The notes: generated by a model not told the origin, from the sequence alone. A stretch of 64,000 bases of DNA from a bacterium (GCA_016789445.1 JAEUQT010000001.1:195603-259602); one strand, 5' to 3'. Counted from the stretch's first letter, positions 24,390 to 33,954 are shown. Numbers and translations: made by a program.

Positions 24390-24776
24390 CTATTCGGTCG
24401 GCTGCGCCTTCCGGCGGTTGCGTATGAGGAAGGTCGCTACCCCACCCAAGACGAGAAGCAGGGCCAAAGCTGCTATAGCGAGGGCGTTGCTGGTGGTAAG
24501 GAGGGGCGGGTCGTAGACTGGGATTTCAGGAGTATTGAAGGTCGAACTGCGGGCCTCGAGGTAGTCCGAAGCAGCTCCCTGCTCTTGCGCCTCGACCGCA
24601 AGGGCGTCTACCATCGCCTCCACCTCGGCCTCCGTCATGCTTGAAGAGCGTGGATCATTCATGATGTCCGCGCGGATAGCTTCGCGGAGCGCCGCGTCAT
24701 CCTGTTGCGCTCCGGCCCAGAACGGCATGAGGGCGATGATGACGAAGAAGAGCGCGAGGCGACGAGTGAGAGCCAT
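24390..24776 (-). CDS. small membrane-anchored hypothetical protein inserted between rpsJ and rplC
   Basis: 128 aa; N-terminal signal/TM LALFFVIIALMPFWAGA, acidic middle, C-terminal TM LAIAALALLLVLGGVATFLI then RNRRK. Confidence 0.45.
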   Translation of the reverse strand: MALTRRLALFFVIIALMPFWAGAQQDDAALREAIRADIMNDPRSSSMTEAEVEAMVDALAVEAQEQGAASDYLEARSSTFNTPEIPVYDPPLLTTSNALAIAALALLLVLGGVATFLIRNRRKAQPTE

Positions 24777-24810
24777 ATACGCAGCAGTATATCCCCTTGC
24801 AGGGGCCAGA

Positions 24811-24842
24811 AACGAAAAATCCCCGTATTCTGGGGATTTTTC
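24811..24842 (-). terminator. intrinsic terminator immediately after rpsJ
   Basis: AAAAAUCCCC-AGAAUAC-GGGGAUUUUUCGUUU on the minus strand. It is also flanked by T-runs on the plus strand. Confidence 0.6.
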
Positions 24843-24859
24843 AGGGGTCGTCCGATGGA

Positions 24860-25219
24860 CTACATCATCTTCACGTCGATGGAGACGCCGGATGGAAGGT
24901 CGATGTTGGTGAGCGCCTCGATGACCTTCGCCTCAGGGTTCACGATGTCGATCATGCGCTTGTGGACGCGCATCTCAAACTGTTCACGGGAATCCTTGTC
25001 GATGAACGCCGAGCGGTTCACGGTGTACTTCTTGATGTCGATCGGGAGCGGGACTGGGCCGATGACGGTTGCGTTGTAGCGGGAAGCAGTATCGATGATC
25101 TGCTTGACGGAACGATCCAAGACCGCGTGCTCATAGGCACGTACTTTGATGCGGAGGCGGCTTCCGCCGTCCCCCTTCTTCGCGCTCTTCGCGCGCTTAG
25201 CTGTCTTGGTCGCTGTCAT
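24860..25219 (-). CDS. rpsJ: 30S ribosomal protein S10 (short basic N-terminal extension)
   Basis: Start at internal MTATKTAKRAKSAKKGDGGSRLRIKVRAYEHAVLDRSVKQIIDTASRYNATVIGPVPLP ... EMRVHKRMIDIV. Confidence 0.9.
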   Translation of the reverse strand: MTATKTAKRAKSAKKGDGGSRLRIKVRAYEHAVLDRSVKQIIDTASRYNATVIGPVPLPIDIKKYTVNRSAFIDKDSREQFEMRVHKRMIDIVNPEAKVIEALTNIDLPSGVSIDVKMM

Positions 25220-25230
25220 AGAACTTCGCG

Positions 25231-25259
25231 AGTATGCCCTACCCGAGGGAAAAACGCAA
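25231..25259 (-). promoter_or_regulatory. sigma70-like promoter for rpsJ (TTGCGT-17-CATACT)
   Basis: Minus strand reads TTGCGT, then a 17-nt spacer, then CATACT, about 12 nt upstream of the rpsJ ATG. This is a short-leader or near-leaderless arrangement. Confidence 0.4.
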
Positions 25260-25350
25260 GTTCTAGGCCACATTGACAGGGGTGCCCCTTCCCCTATTTG
25301 CTGCTTGCCCGATCGATCCAGCGCATGGTAGGTTCTTCGCAGGAGGCAAC

Positions 25351-25701
25351 ATGAGGCAACCTGATATCGCGCTTGCGGCTTATCTGCTCGACTTCATGCG
25401 TGGCACTTGGCTGGACTATTCATGGTCTCGCGAAGCGCGGCGATTCCTTCCGAGCCTCTTGCTCGGCGTGTACGTCTGGCACCGGCGCGGCAAATACCCG
25501 ACGATGCGTGACGCTGCAGCATTCATGCATGCGGATCCGGCGAGCAGCGGACCGAAGTACATCCGTCAAGCAGCAGACGCCGGTCTCATACGGGTCGAGA
25601 ATCATCCGCGAGACAAACGGAAGTACATCCTCTTTCCGACAGAGAAGCTGATGCATCTCATGGATAAGGAGCTCACGAAGATCGGAACCGTCGCGCAGTA
25701 A
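25351..25701 (+). CDS. MarR-like winged-helix transcription regulator (hypothetical)
   Basis: PTMRDAAAFMHADPASSGPKYIRQAADAGLIRVENHPRDKRKYILFPTEKL matches the MarR wHTH recognition-helix/wing pattern. Start taken at MRQPDIA. Confidence 0.5.
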   Translation: MRQPDIALAAYLLDFMRGTWLDYSWSREARRFLPSLLLGVYVWHRRGKYPTMRDAAAFMHADPASSGPKYIRQAADAGLIRVENHPRDKRKYILFPTEKLMHLMDKELTKIGTVAQ

Positions 25702-25812
25702 TGCGCGGCGGTTTTCTATTTGAAAAGTGACTTATACCCACCCAAGAGTCCTGCCAGCCATTGGTCATGTAGCGACAGAAAAGATGCAGCGCGATGGCGC
25801 AACGGAAACACA

Positions 25813-26391
25813 CTACCGCACCGCGGATTCGATCGTGTCTTTCACCTTCTCGACGAGCGAGCCTTCTTCATGCATGTCGTTGGCTTCGTCGTTGATGCCG
25901 CTCTCTGCAAGCGTCGTCAGCTTGTCGTTGGCCGCGCTTTCCTCATCGAGCGTCTCTTGGAGGAGATCGACGACTTCCCTATGCCCCATCTCTTCCGCCC
26001 ACGCTTTCGCCGAGCCGTACCCGGCCATCTCGTAGTGTTCGATGTACTGCGCTGCGGCGATGAGCGAGGCATCACGCGCTTCGGCATCTTTGATGTTGGC
26101 GATGCACCATGCGGCGTCTTCGATGAGACCATCGATGGCGGCGGATTTCTCCATCATCTTGCCGGTTGCACCGAGCATCCCGAGCGCTTGTGCGAGGCGA
26201 TCCTTCTGTACGCGCGTCTCATCGAGATGCGTCGTGAACGCCTGCTTCAGCTGCGTATCCGATGCAGCCTTCGCCATCTTCGGCAGCGCTTTCATGAGTT
26301 CACTCTCGGTGTAGTGCAATGCTTTGAGCTTCAGGATGAGGAGATCGTGGAGGGTCGAATAGTTGGACTGCTTTTTCTTGGTGGTTGCCAT
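25813..26391 (-). CDS. ferritin-like YciE/YciF (DUF892) family protein
   Basis: 192 aa; LHDLLILKLKALHYTESELMKALPKMAKAASDTQLKQAFTTHLDETRVQKDRL ... IEHYEMAGYGSAKAWAEEMG is typical of the YciE-type ferritin-like fold. Confidence 0.65.
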   Translation of the reverse strand: MATTKKKQSNYSTLHDLLILKLKALHYTESELMKALPKMAKAASDTQLKQAFTTHLDETRVQKDRLAQALGMLGATGKMMEKSAAIDGLIEDAAWCIANIKDAEARDASLIAAAQYIEHYEMAGYGSAKAWAEEMGHREVVDLLQETLDEESAANDKLTTLAESGINDEANDMHEEGSLVEKVKDTIESAVR

Positions 26392-26487
26392 ATGCGTATT
26401 TCGAATATGAGTAATACGCCAGTTGTATAGGCCGGCTATGAACCCGAAGTGAAAGAGCCCGCGGCGCGTGAGCGCTGCGGGCGATGG

Positions 26488-26913
26488 TCAGTCACGAAAC
26501 GGCGAGCCGCCACGTGGTGGCTTCGGAGGAGGCGCTTTCGAGTACTCGTCGAAATACTGCCCCCACATCGATCTCGGGAGATTTATTCGCGCACTCCCGC
26601 CCGGAGCAGGAACGAACGCAGTTACGGTGCATCGCGCCTGCACATCGGAACGATTATTGATCTTCCGGTAGCTGGCTGTCGCAGCCTTCATGGCTTTTTC
26701 GAGCGAGGGCCGCGATCGTATCGTGACCTCCTTTTCGTCGGACCAACCGTCATGGAGATGTACCGAGAAACGTACTCGCTCGGTATTTCGACGCATCCGC
26801 AGATGACGTAACGACGACTTCGTCTCGCGCAGCTTCTGTGCGTAGAACTTCACATGCTTCGCGAGCTCACTCTCGAGGAACGTATACATGTCCATGCAGA
26901 CCTCCAATTTCAA
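26488..26913 (-). CDS. hypothetical basic protein
   Basis: 141-aa ORF, Arg/Lys-rich. No recognised motif. Followed by a weak hairpin at ~26400-26450. Confidence 0.3.
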   Translation of the reverse strand: MKLEVCMDMYTFLESELAKHVKFYAQKLRETKSSLRHLRMRRNTERVRFSVHLHDGWSDEKEVTIRSRPSLEKAMKAATASYRKINNRSDVQARCTVTAFVPAPGGSARINLPRSMWGQYFDEYSKAPPPKPPRGGSPFRD

Positions 26914-26986
26914 ACTGGCCAGACAATAGCAGAACCCCTCCCCCTATGCTAGGGTGCCCGCGGGAATGTTCAGAAAGGAGCAATTG

Positions 26987-27721
26987 ATGGAACGCATCAT
27001 TGATACCGAAGTCGAAAGGAACATGGAGTTCCTCAGGACGAACTCCTATCCCGGACGCGGATTCATCATGGGCCGATCGCCTGACGGTGACTCTATCGTC
27101 CAGGTGTACTGGCTGATGGGCCGCAGCGACAACAGTCGTAATCGGCAACTGGTGCAGGAAGATCATCTCGTGAAGACGGCGCCGATCGATCCTAAGAAAG
27201 TCAAAGACCCTTCGCTCATCATCTACAACGCGATGCGCGAGGAAGACGATCGATACGTCGTCTCGAACGGCAAGCAGACCGACACCATCTTCAACGCCGA
27301 GAAGCACCTCGGCAGCGGTTTCCGCGAAGCGATGTTCGAGTGGCAATACGAACCGGATGAACCGAATTACACTCCCCGCATCACGGCGATGTATGACCGG
27401 TTCGCCGGCGGCAGACGGCCCGCATTCCAGATCGCAATACTCTCGCGCTCGCTCTTGGGAGAGTGCGTCCGTACGTACTACGAGTACGAAGTCATGCGAC
27501 GCGGATACGGGTATTGCGTCCATACGTACGACGGAGACGGCGATCCGTTGCCGTCGTTCTCGCAGCATCCGTACCTGATGCGTATCAAGAGCCGCATGCC
27601 AGCACGGATCGCCCTGCAGATCTGGCAGGCGCTTGATCCCGACAATCGCATCGCGATTGCGGCGAAGGTAATCAATCAGGAAACAGGCAAATCCCTGACG
27701 CATATCATCAACCAGTACTGA
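26987..27721 (+). CDS. purO: IMP cyclohydrolase, archaeal PurO type
   Basis: GRGFIMGRSPDGDSIVQVYWLMGRS ... IIYNAMREEDDRYVVSNGKQTD ... YTPRITAMYD matches the PurO family. AAGGAG lies 8 nt upstream of the MERIID start. Confidence 0.6.
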   Translation: MERIIDTEVERNMEFLRTNSYPGRGFIMGRSPDGDSIVQVYWLMGRSDNSRNRQLVQEDHLVKTAPIDPKKVKDPSLIIYNAMREEDDRYVVSNGKQTDTIFNAEKHLGSGFREAMFEWQYEPDEPNYTPRITAMYDRFAGGRRPAFQIAILSRSLLGECVRTYYEYEVMRRGYGYCVHTYDGDGDPLPSFSQHPYLMRIKSRMPARIALQIWQALDPDNRIAIAAKVINQETGKSLTHIINQY

Positions 27722-27725
27722 CGAA

Positions 27726-27758
27726 GGCCCTGCCATTTTGGCAGGGCCTTTTACTTTT
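27726..27758 (+). terminator. intrinsic terminator after purO
   Basis: GGCCCUGCC-AUUUU-GGCAGGGCC followed by UUUUACUUUUCU. Confidence 0.6.
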
Positions 27759-27767
27759 CTTACTTCC

Positions 27768-28574
27768 CTATTTCAAGTACTTATCGAGGAACGCGACGGA
27801 TTTCTGCCATGCGTCAGCGGTTTCTTTCGGTGCATGATTCGGATTCGACGGATTCGCGAACGCGTGACCGACGCCCGGATACATATAGATCTCGTTCTCG
27901 ACGCCGAGAGTATTCAAAGAATCCTCGAACGCTTTCACGGTCGTCGTAGGAATCGCCTGGTCGGCATCACCGAAGACGCCCATGACCGGCCACTTGATGG
28001 GAGAGAGCTGTTCGGTGGTCGTCGGGATGCCGGAGCCGTAATACACAATCGTTGCATCAAGCTTTTCGCCTGAGATGGCGAGATTCACCGACTGCCTGCC
28101 ACCGAAGCACCAGCCCCACGAGGCGATCTTCGTAGCACCGTTATCGCGGAGGTATTTCACTGCGGCGCGGAGATTCGCGGTTCCCTCTTCCTGATTGAAC
28201 TGCGACGAATACGCACGCGCTTCCTCCTGTGTCTCGAGCACATTACCTTTGTAGAGATCCACAGCGAGCACCATGTATCCCTCCTTCGCGAGATCCTCTG
28301 CCGTCTTCTTTATCTCCGGTCTGAGTCCGCGGTTCTCGTGGATGAGGACGACTCCCGGATAGGTGCGATCGTCTGCAGGACGCGCGAAGTAGCCGGTCGC
28401 ATTCCCGAAGTATGCGACGTCTCCGGCCGTGATCTCTGTGCTGTCAGAATTATTGTTCATAGTTTGCGAGCCATTCGAGTAATACCAGTAACCTCCCCCG
28501 AGTGCAATGAGCGCCACGAGCGCAAAAAGGTACTTCAACATATGCCGTAACAATACATCATGAACCGCACGCAT
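27768..28574 (-). CDS. dienelactone hydrolase family protein with N-terminal membrane anchor
   Basis: YPGVVLIHENRGL ... GYMVLAVDLYKG ... KIASWGWCFGG ... GVGHAFANP follows the DLH catalytic-triad layout. The N-terminal LFALVALIALGGGYWYY is hydrophobic. Confidence 0.75.
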   Translation of the reverse strand: MRAVHDVLLRHMLKYLFALVALIALGGGYWYYSNGSQTMNNNSDSTEITAGDVAYFGNATGYFARPADDRTYPGVVLIHENRGLRPEIKKTAEDLAKEGYMVLAVDLYKGNVLETQEEARAYSSQFNQEEGTANLRAAVKYLRDNGATKIASWGWCFGGRQSVNLAISGEKLDATIVYYGSGIPTTTEQLSPIKWPVMGVFGDADQAIPTTTVKAFEDSLNTLGVENEIYMYPGVGHAFANPSNPNHAPKETADAWQKSVAFLDKYLK

Positions 28575-28595
28575 GAAGATTGGGAGAATGGCGCA

Positions 28596-28630
28596 CGAAA
28601 AAATCCGCCTCTCGGCGGATTTTTTCGTGC
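28596..28630. terminator. bidirectional intrinsic terminator after tuf
   Basis: AAAAAAUCCGCC-UCUC-GGCGGAUUUUUU, a palindromic A/T-flanked GC stem. Confidence 0.7.
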
Positions 28631-28645
28631 TGAATCCTAGAGGGA

Positions 28646-29845
<1,200 letters not shown>

Positions 29846-29961
29846 ATGGAATTGAATAATTACCTGCTAAATAATTTGCCAACGCGTTAGAGTGCTCCGG
29901 TATTTTCTTCGCTTTTCCCCTCCCTGCTTATATGCGGGTCGCTACGCCGCACAGAAAGAAT

Positions 29962-29992
29962 AGGCAAAGAAATACGCACAGAGCGTGCGTGC
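29962..29992 (-). terminator. weak terminator-like hairpin after Gly-rich protein operon (or 5'-proximal hairpin of tuf leader)
   Basis: Minus strand reads ACGCAC-GCUCU-GUGCGU AUUUCUUUGCC. It is preceded by TGgTAGTAT, an extended -10-like element, so the role is ambiguous. Confidence 0.4.
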
Positions 29993-30060
29993 CTGCATAC
30001 TACCAAAACTCCCATGGAGCGCAAGTGAATAACCGCCCATTTCAGCCTGTATTTGAGCCC

Positions 30061-31041
30061 TTAATTGCTGACAGAGCCCTTCACGCGCGAAGAGGTGTTC
30101 CCGCCGAGCCAGGTGAGGGCGCGATTATTCATGTCGATCGCCTTGCCAGCGGCCCCGCCGTTCGCTCCTGGATGGCTCCCTCCGCTACCGGTCCCACCTT
30201 TCGTGCCGGACGCACCGAAAGCCCCTCCGTCGCCACCCATACCATAGATACCCTTCTCACCTCCAGCGCCGCCGCCAGACGTCGTCCCCGAAGCCCCCTT
30301 CACACCAGCACTTGTGTTCTGCGAAGAACCGCCCGCGCCACCCGCCGAGCTTGATGGCCCGGATGCCCCGCCACCGCCACCATTACCTCCCGTTGAAGCG
30401 CCTTTTCCGTACGATGCCCCACCCCCACCGCCTCCACCCCCACCGCCGTAGATATATCCGCTCGAATTATTGATGCTGAGCGGATACGACATGGAAATCG
30501 CCGGACCTCCTGCCGCACCTGCCTGTGGGCTCGGCGGATTCGATGAATTAGCATCGCTACCATCGCCGCCCTTGCCGCCTTTGCCATAGATACGCCCTTT
30601 ATTTATGACCGTCAGTGTGGTGCCCGTCGGCCAGCAGCTACCCGTCACCAGTGCGGCATTCGACGTGTTCGTCGAATAAACATCGACCCCTGACTCGATG
30701 ACGAAGATGTAGTCCCCGGGAGCAGTCGGATTGCCGGCGAGCGTGCACAGATTCACATTCGACCTGTCTGCAGTGATCGTAACCGTCGTCGCACACGAAC
30801 CTGCCGTCACGCCCGCAGGAGGGTTTGTATAGAAAGACTCCCATTCAAGGGCGCTCTCGGTCGGCACATAGACACTCGCGCCCGTCGCACTGTTGTTCGT
30901 GACGTCGCGGCACACGGTATGCGCCGTGATATCCAAGCTCGCTGCATTGTTGACCGTGTAGTTATCCGACGCGTCGATGACGATCGCGAAGAGGGAGAGG
31001 ACGACGATTGAAGTGAGGGCTGCCGACAGCCTGTTGTGCAT
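30061..31041 (-). CDS. secreted glycine-rich protein, paralog 2
   Basis: Signal/anchor then conserved ~90-aa domain (DASDNYTVN ... ITAHTVCRDVTN.SATGASVYVPT ... EWESFYTNPPAGVTAGSC) shared with 31043..31888. Long poly-Gly/GS tracts (GGGGGGGGGG). Confidence 0.5.
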   Translation of the reverse strand: MHNRLSAALTSIVVLSLFAIVIDASDNYTVNNAASLDITAHTVCRDVTNNSATGASVYVPTESALEWESFYTNPPAGVTAGSCATTVTITADRSNVNLCTLAGNPTAPGDYIFVIESGVDVYSTNTSNAALVTGSCWPTGTTLTVINKGRIYGKGGKGGDGSDANSSNPPSPQAGAAGGPAISMSYPLSINNSSGYIYGGGGGGGGGGASYGKGASTGGNGGGGGASGPSSSAGGAGGSSQNTSAGVKGASGTTSGGGAGGEKGIYGMGGDGGAFGASGTKGGTGSGGSHPGANGGAAGKAIDMNNRALTWLGGNTSSRVKGSVSN

Positions 31042-31042
31042 A

Positions 31043-31888
31043 TTAGTTCCACGTCACGATGACGCGACCCGCGCCCCCGCGGCCGCCGTCCTGTGCAGTG
31101 CCATTTCCCCCTGCTCCTGCTGCCCCAACTACAATGGTGACCGAACTACCCGGCGTATAGGTGCCTGAGGTATAAGTACGTGTCGAATACGAACCGCCGC
31201 CGCCGCCTGAGGCAGGAATAAACACGCCAGTCTTCATCGTATAGAGCGCAGCTCCTCCCCCTCCACCACCTGGTGCACTTCCAGGATTACCCGGGCCTGG
31301 ATCCGAGCTCGGGAGTGCAGCCCCACCAGCACCGCCGTTGGCGCCATTACCCCCCTTTCCTGCGGTGGTGCCTGCTGCGCCAGAGGTATTCGTTGTTCCG
31401 CCAGAAGCAGTGCCGCCCGCACCTCCTGCTGATACAGTTGCGCGAGCACCGCCTCCCGCAATCACTGCTGAAGCCCAGCTCGATGTTCCGCCATTGCTTC
31501 CACCCGCGATATTCGCTGCTCCATCTTTGCCACCGCCGCCACCGCCGCCACCCCACACCTGCACCGTGATGGAATTATGCTCGGGAACCGTAAAGGAGTA
31601 TGTGCCCGCAGTGCTAAAGGTCTGGGATCCGGGTGTTACGCACCCGGATGCCGTTACGCCTGCGGGAGGATTGGTATAAAACGACTGCCACTCGGCGTCT
31701 GTCTGTGTCGGAACATACACACTCGCCCCCGTCGCGCTTGCATTTGTTACCTTCCGGCACTCGGTATGTGCAGTGATGCTCTGATTGGTACCGTAATTCA
31801 CGGTGTAGTTGTCGGAGGCGTCGATGGCGATTGCGAAGAGCGAGAGCATCGCCACGATCGTGAGGCCTGCTTGAAGGTGCCCACGCAT
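31043..31888 (-). CDS. secreted glycine-rich protein, paralog 1
   Basis: Same N-terminal conserved domain as 30061..31041. G/A/T/S-rich remainder ending GRVIVTWN. Confidence 0.5.
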   Translation of the reverse strand: MRGHLQAGLTIVAMLSLFAIAIDASDNYTVNYGTNQSITAHTECRKVTNASATGASVYVPTQTDAEWQSFYTNPPAGVTASGCVTPGSQTFSTAGTYSFTVPEHNSITVQVWGGGGGGGGKDGAANIAGGSNGGTSSWASAVIAGGGARATVSAGGAGGTASGGTTNTSGAAGTTAGKGGNGANGGAGGAALPSSDPGPGNPGSAPGGGGGGAALYTMKTGVFIPASGGGGGSYSTRTYTSGTYTPGSSVTIVVGAAGAGGNGTAQDGGRGGAGRVIVTWN

Positions 31889-31892
31889 ACGC

Positions 31893-32579
31893 CTATCGCG
31901 CCGCCTTCAACGCCTCGATTTCCGCCTTAAGACCGTCAATCTCAGACTGCTGCTCCTTCACCGCCTCGATGAGCGGCGCGATGAGCGCGTCGTAATCAAC
32001 CGACTTGATGCCATCGCCATCCGTGATGACCGCTTCGGGCAATACCTTCTCGACATCCTGCGCGATCACACCGGCGGACGCCTTGCCGCTTTCCTTCCAT
32101 GTGAAGAGGACGCCGCTCAGCTTCTTGACGATATCGAGTCCCTTGATCGGGCGGACATCCTTCTTGAGACTTGCATCCGAGGTGTGGAAGTATCCTGCAG
32201 CATAGACATTCCCGCCGAGATAGGTCCCACCTGCATACTCGCCGTTGTAGTTCAGATAGATGCGGTCGGTGGAGATGACGCCGAGCAACGCCAGGTTGCG
32301 CGCATCGCCGCTGGCAGTCGTGCTCCCTCCTTGCACCCACACATCGTACGATGCATTCATCTGTTGCATGATCGCACCATAGTTTGTGAGCGTGCTCACT
32401 GAGAGCGCACCGTTCTTCACCTGCGCCGTCGCACTCGTATTGATGGGGGCGGCAACGTTGCTGTTCGGCGCCGTACCGGTCGGTCCTGTCCACGCGTACG
32501 CAACAACAGTACCGAAAAGAACGAGCGCGACTGCCGAAGCAGTGAGGTGGCTGGCGGTGAGAGTTGCGATACGGGTCAT
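31893..32579 (-). CDS. membrane-anchored protein with C-terminal peptidase-S74 / intramolecular chaperone (tail-fibre-type) domain
   Basis: SDASLKKDVRPIKGLDIVKKLSGVLFTWKESGKASAGVIAQDVEKVLPEAVITDGDGIKSVDYDALIAPLIEAVKEQQSEIDGLKAEIEALK matches the endosialidase-chaperone domain (SDRRLK ... GV.Y.W ... GVIAQEV ... ). N-terminal TM. Confidence 0.65.
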   Translation of the reverse strand: MTRIATLTASHLTASAVALVLFGTVVAYAWTGPTGTAPNSNVAAPINTSATAQVKNGALSVSTLTNYGAIMQQMNASYDVWVQGGSTTASGDARNLALLGVISTDRIYLNYNGEYAGGTYLGGNVYAAGYFHTSDASLKKDVRPIKGLDIVKKLSGVLFTWKESGKASAGVIAQDVEKVLPEAVITDGDGIKSVDYDALIAPLIEAVKEQQSEIDGLKAEIEALKAAR

Positions 32580-32614
32580 ACGTGATGGTTATGTATAAAA
32601 ATAATAAATAACGA

Positions 32615-33586
32615 TTAGAGTTCCTTCCACGATGGATTCGAGAAGACGGTCGCTCTCTGGGTGAGCGTGCCTCCCGGTCCGGTGCACGAAAGCGTGTACG
32701 TGACGCTGCCGCGGATGGCACCGGTCACACAACCGTTTCCTGAGTGTGTGCACGAAACTGCTGCTGAAGAGGTGGCATTCCAGGTGTTATTGAAATCAGG
32801 ACTGTTCTCAGTAACTGAGCACGACGTGGCATCGCGGACACTCCAGAGGACAACAACGGTGCCTCCCGGACGCACGAGGCGTGGCTCGATGGAAAGCTCA
32901 TCTCCTGGCGCCGTACTTGGTGCCGGAGGGGTGACACATGCACCCGAGCTGCATATCAGTGATCCTCCACACGCAACCGGCACCGCGCCCTGGCATGCCG
33001 TCCGGCGCGTCGTTGAACTGACACAGCTGTACTGTGTCGAGCACTGTGGATTCCACGTCGTTTGTACCGGCGTCGTGCCGGCACCGAAACTGAGCCAGCC
33101 GATATTCATATCTCCCCAGGCATAGCCGGTAAACGTATCCCCCGCCTGATTCAGCGTCGGTCCATAGTTCGTACCACTCAAACTGATGAATCCGTCCCAT
33201 CCCCCGCTCTGGGAATCAGAATATGCGAGCGCGCGAAGCCATCCCTTGAGTGCGTACTCATCCATGCGCGCCGTACATGGCGCCGTCGGGCATCCGGTGA
33301 GATTCGCGCTCTGCGCGCTGATCCAGCCGATATTCTCACTCCAGGCATAACCGCTGATGGCACCGTCTGCCGCGATCGAAAGACCGTAGTTGCTCGTGCC
33401 GCAGGTACCGAGATTCGAACAGTTGAGACTGATCCAGCCGATCGTGTCGCTCCAGGCGTAGCCTGTGAGCGGCGATGCGGCTTGCGAGAGCGTCGGCTCA
33501 GGCGCGATGAAAAAAGAGACCGCAATCGTAGCTACGACTGCAATCGCTAGGATGTACTTCTCCCCTTGCGCGGCGAGATATCGCAT
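32615..33586 (-). CDS. secreted Cys-rich protein with GYAWS-x-N/T-IGWIS repeats
   Basis: N-terminal TM/signal. Three repeats (GYAWSDTIGWISLNCSN / GYAWSENIGWISAQSAN / GYAWGDMNIGWLSFG). C-terminal half has ~16 Cys. Confidence 0.5.
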   Translation of the reverse strand: MRYLAAQGEKYILAIAVVATIAVSFFIAPEPTLSQAASPLTGYAWSDTIGWISLNCSNLGTCGTSNYGLSIAADGAISGYAWSENIGWISAQSANLTGCPTAPCTARMDEYALKGWLRALAYSDSQSGGWDGFISLSGTNYGPTLNQAGDTFTGYAWGDMNIGWLSFGAGTTPVQTTWNPQCSTQYSCVSSTTRRTACQGAVPVACGGSLICSSGACVTPPAPSTAPGDELSIEPRLVRPGGTVVVLWSVRDATSCSVTENSPDFNNTWNATSSAAVSCTHSGNGCVTGAIRGSVTYTLSCTGPGGTLTQRATVFSNPSWKEL

Positions 33587-33589
33587 ATA

Positions 33590-33853
33590 TTACTGCTGGC
33601 TCAGAGCCTCGAGGACGCGGAGCTTCTCTTCTTCGGATATTTCATCCGGCTCGTCCGATGCACTGAGCTCATTGAGAATGCGCGCCTTTTCTTCCACGGG
33701 CACATCGGAAAAGACTTGATTGGCGAGACGCTCACGCTCATCCTGCACCGTAGGCTGCATGAGCGTTATGACCAACGCCAAGACACCGACCGTTGCAAAG
33801 AGAACGCCGATAGCAAGAATGCGTCGTGCATTCTTATCAGAGCCGATTTCCAT
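33590..33853 (-). CDS. small membrane protein (hypothetical), first gene of surface-protein operon
   Basis: Start at MEIGSDKNARRILAIGVLFATVGVLALVITL (one TM), acidic C-terminus. Stop is 3 nt from the next gene. TATTAT lies ~7 nt upstream of the ATG, suggesting a leaderless transcript. Confidence 0.4.
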   Translation of the reverse strand: MEIGSDKNARRILAIGVLFATVGVLALVITLMQPTVQDERERLANQVFSDVPVEEKARILNELSASDEPDEISEEEKLRVLEALSQQ

Positions 33854-33954
33854 CTGGCAATAATACCGCGCTTCTGCGCACACCTTATGAAGACTGGGGA
33901 TTACTAATCTCTTTCATGAACTGACGTCGCGCGACTTCGTATATAATCCGAGCG

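Noticed and set aside
29846-30060. Searched the tuf upstream region for the tRNA genes often found there (Thr/Tyr/Gly)
   Set aside because: No cloverleaf-compatible sequence or T-loop (GGTTCGAATCC-like) motif is present. There are only a hairpin and promoter-like elements.
30300-31560. Gly-rich DNA repeats (GGnGGn runs) as possible CRISPR or collagen-like genes
   Set aside because: There is no regular repeat-spacer periodicity (not CRISPR). The encoded Gly tracts lack strict G-X-Y triplet periodicity (not collagen). Interpreted as low-complexity coding sequence of surface proteins.
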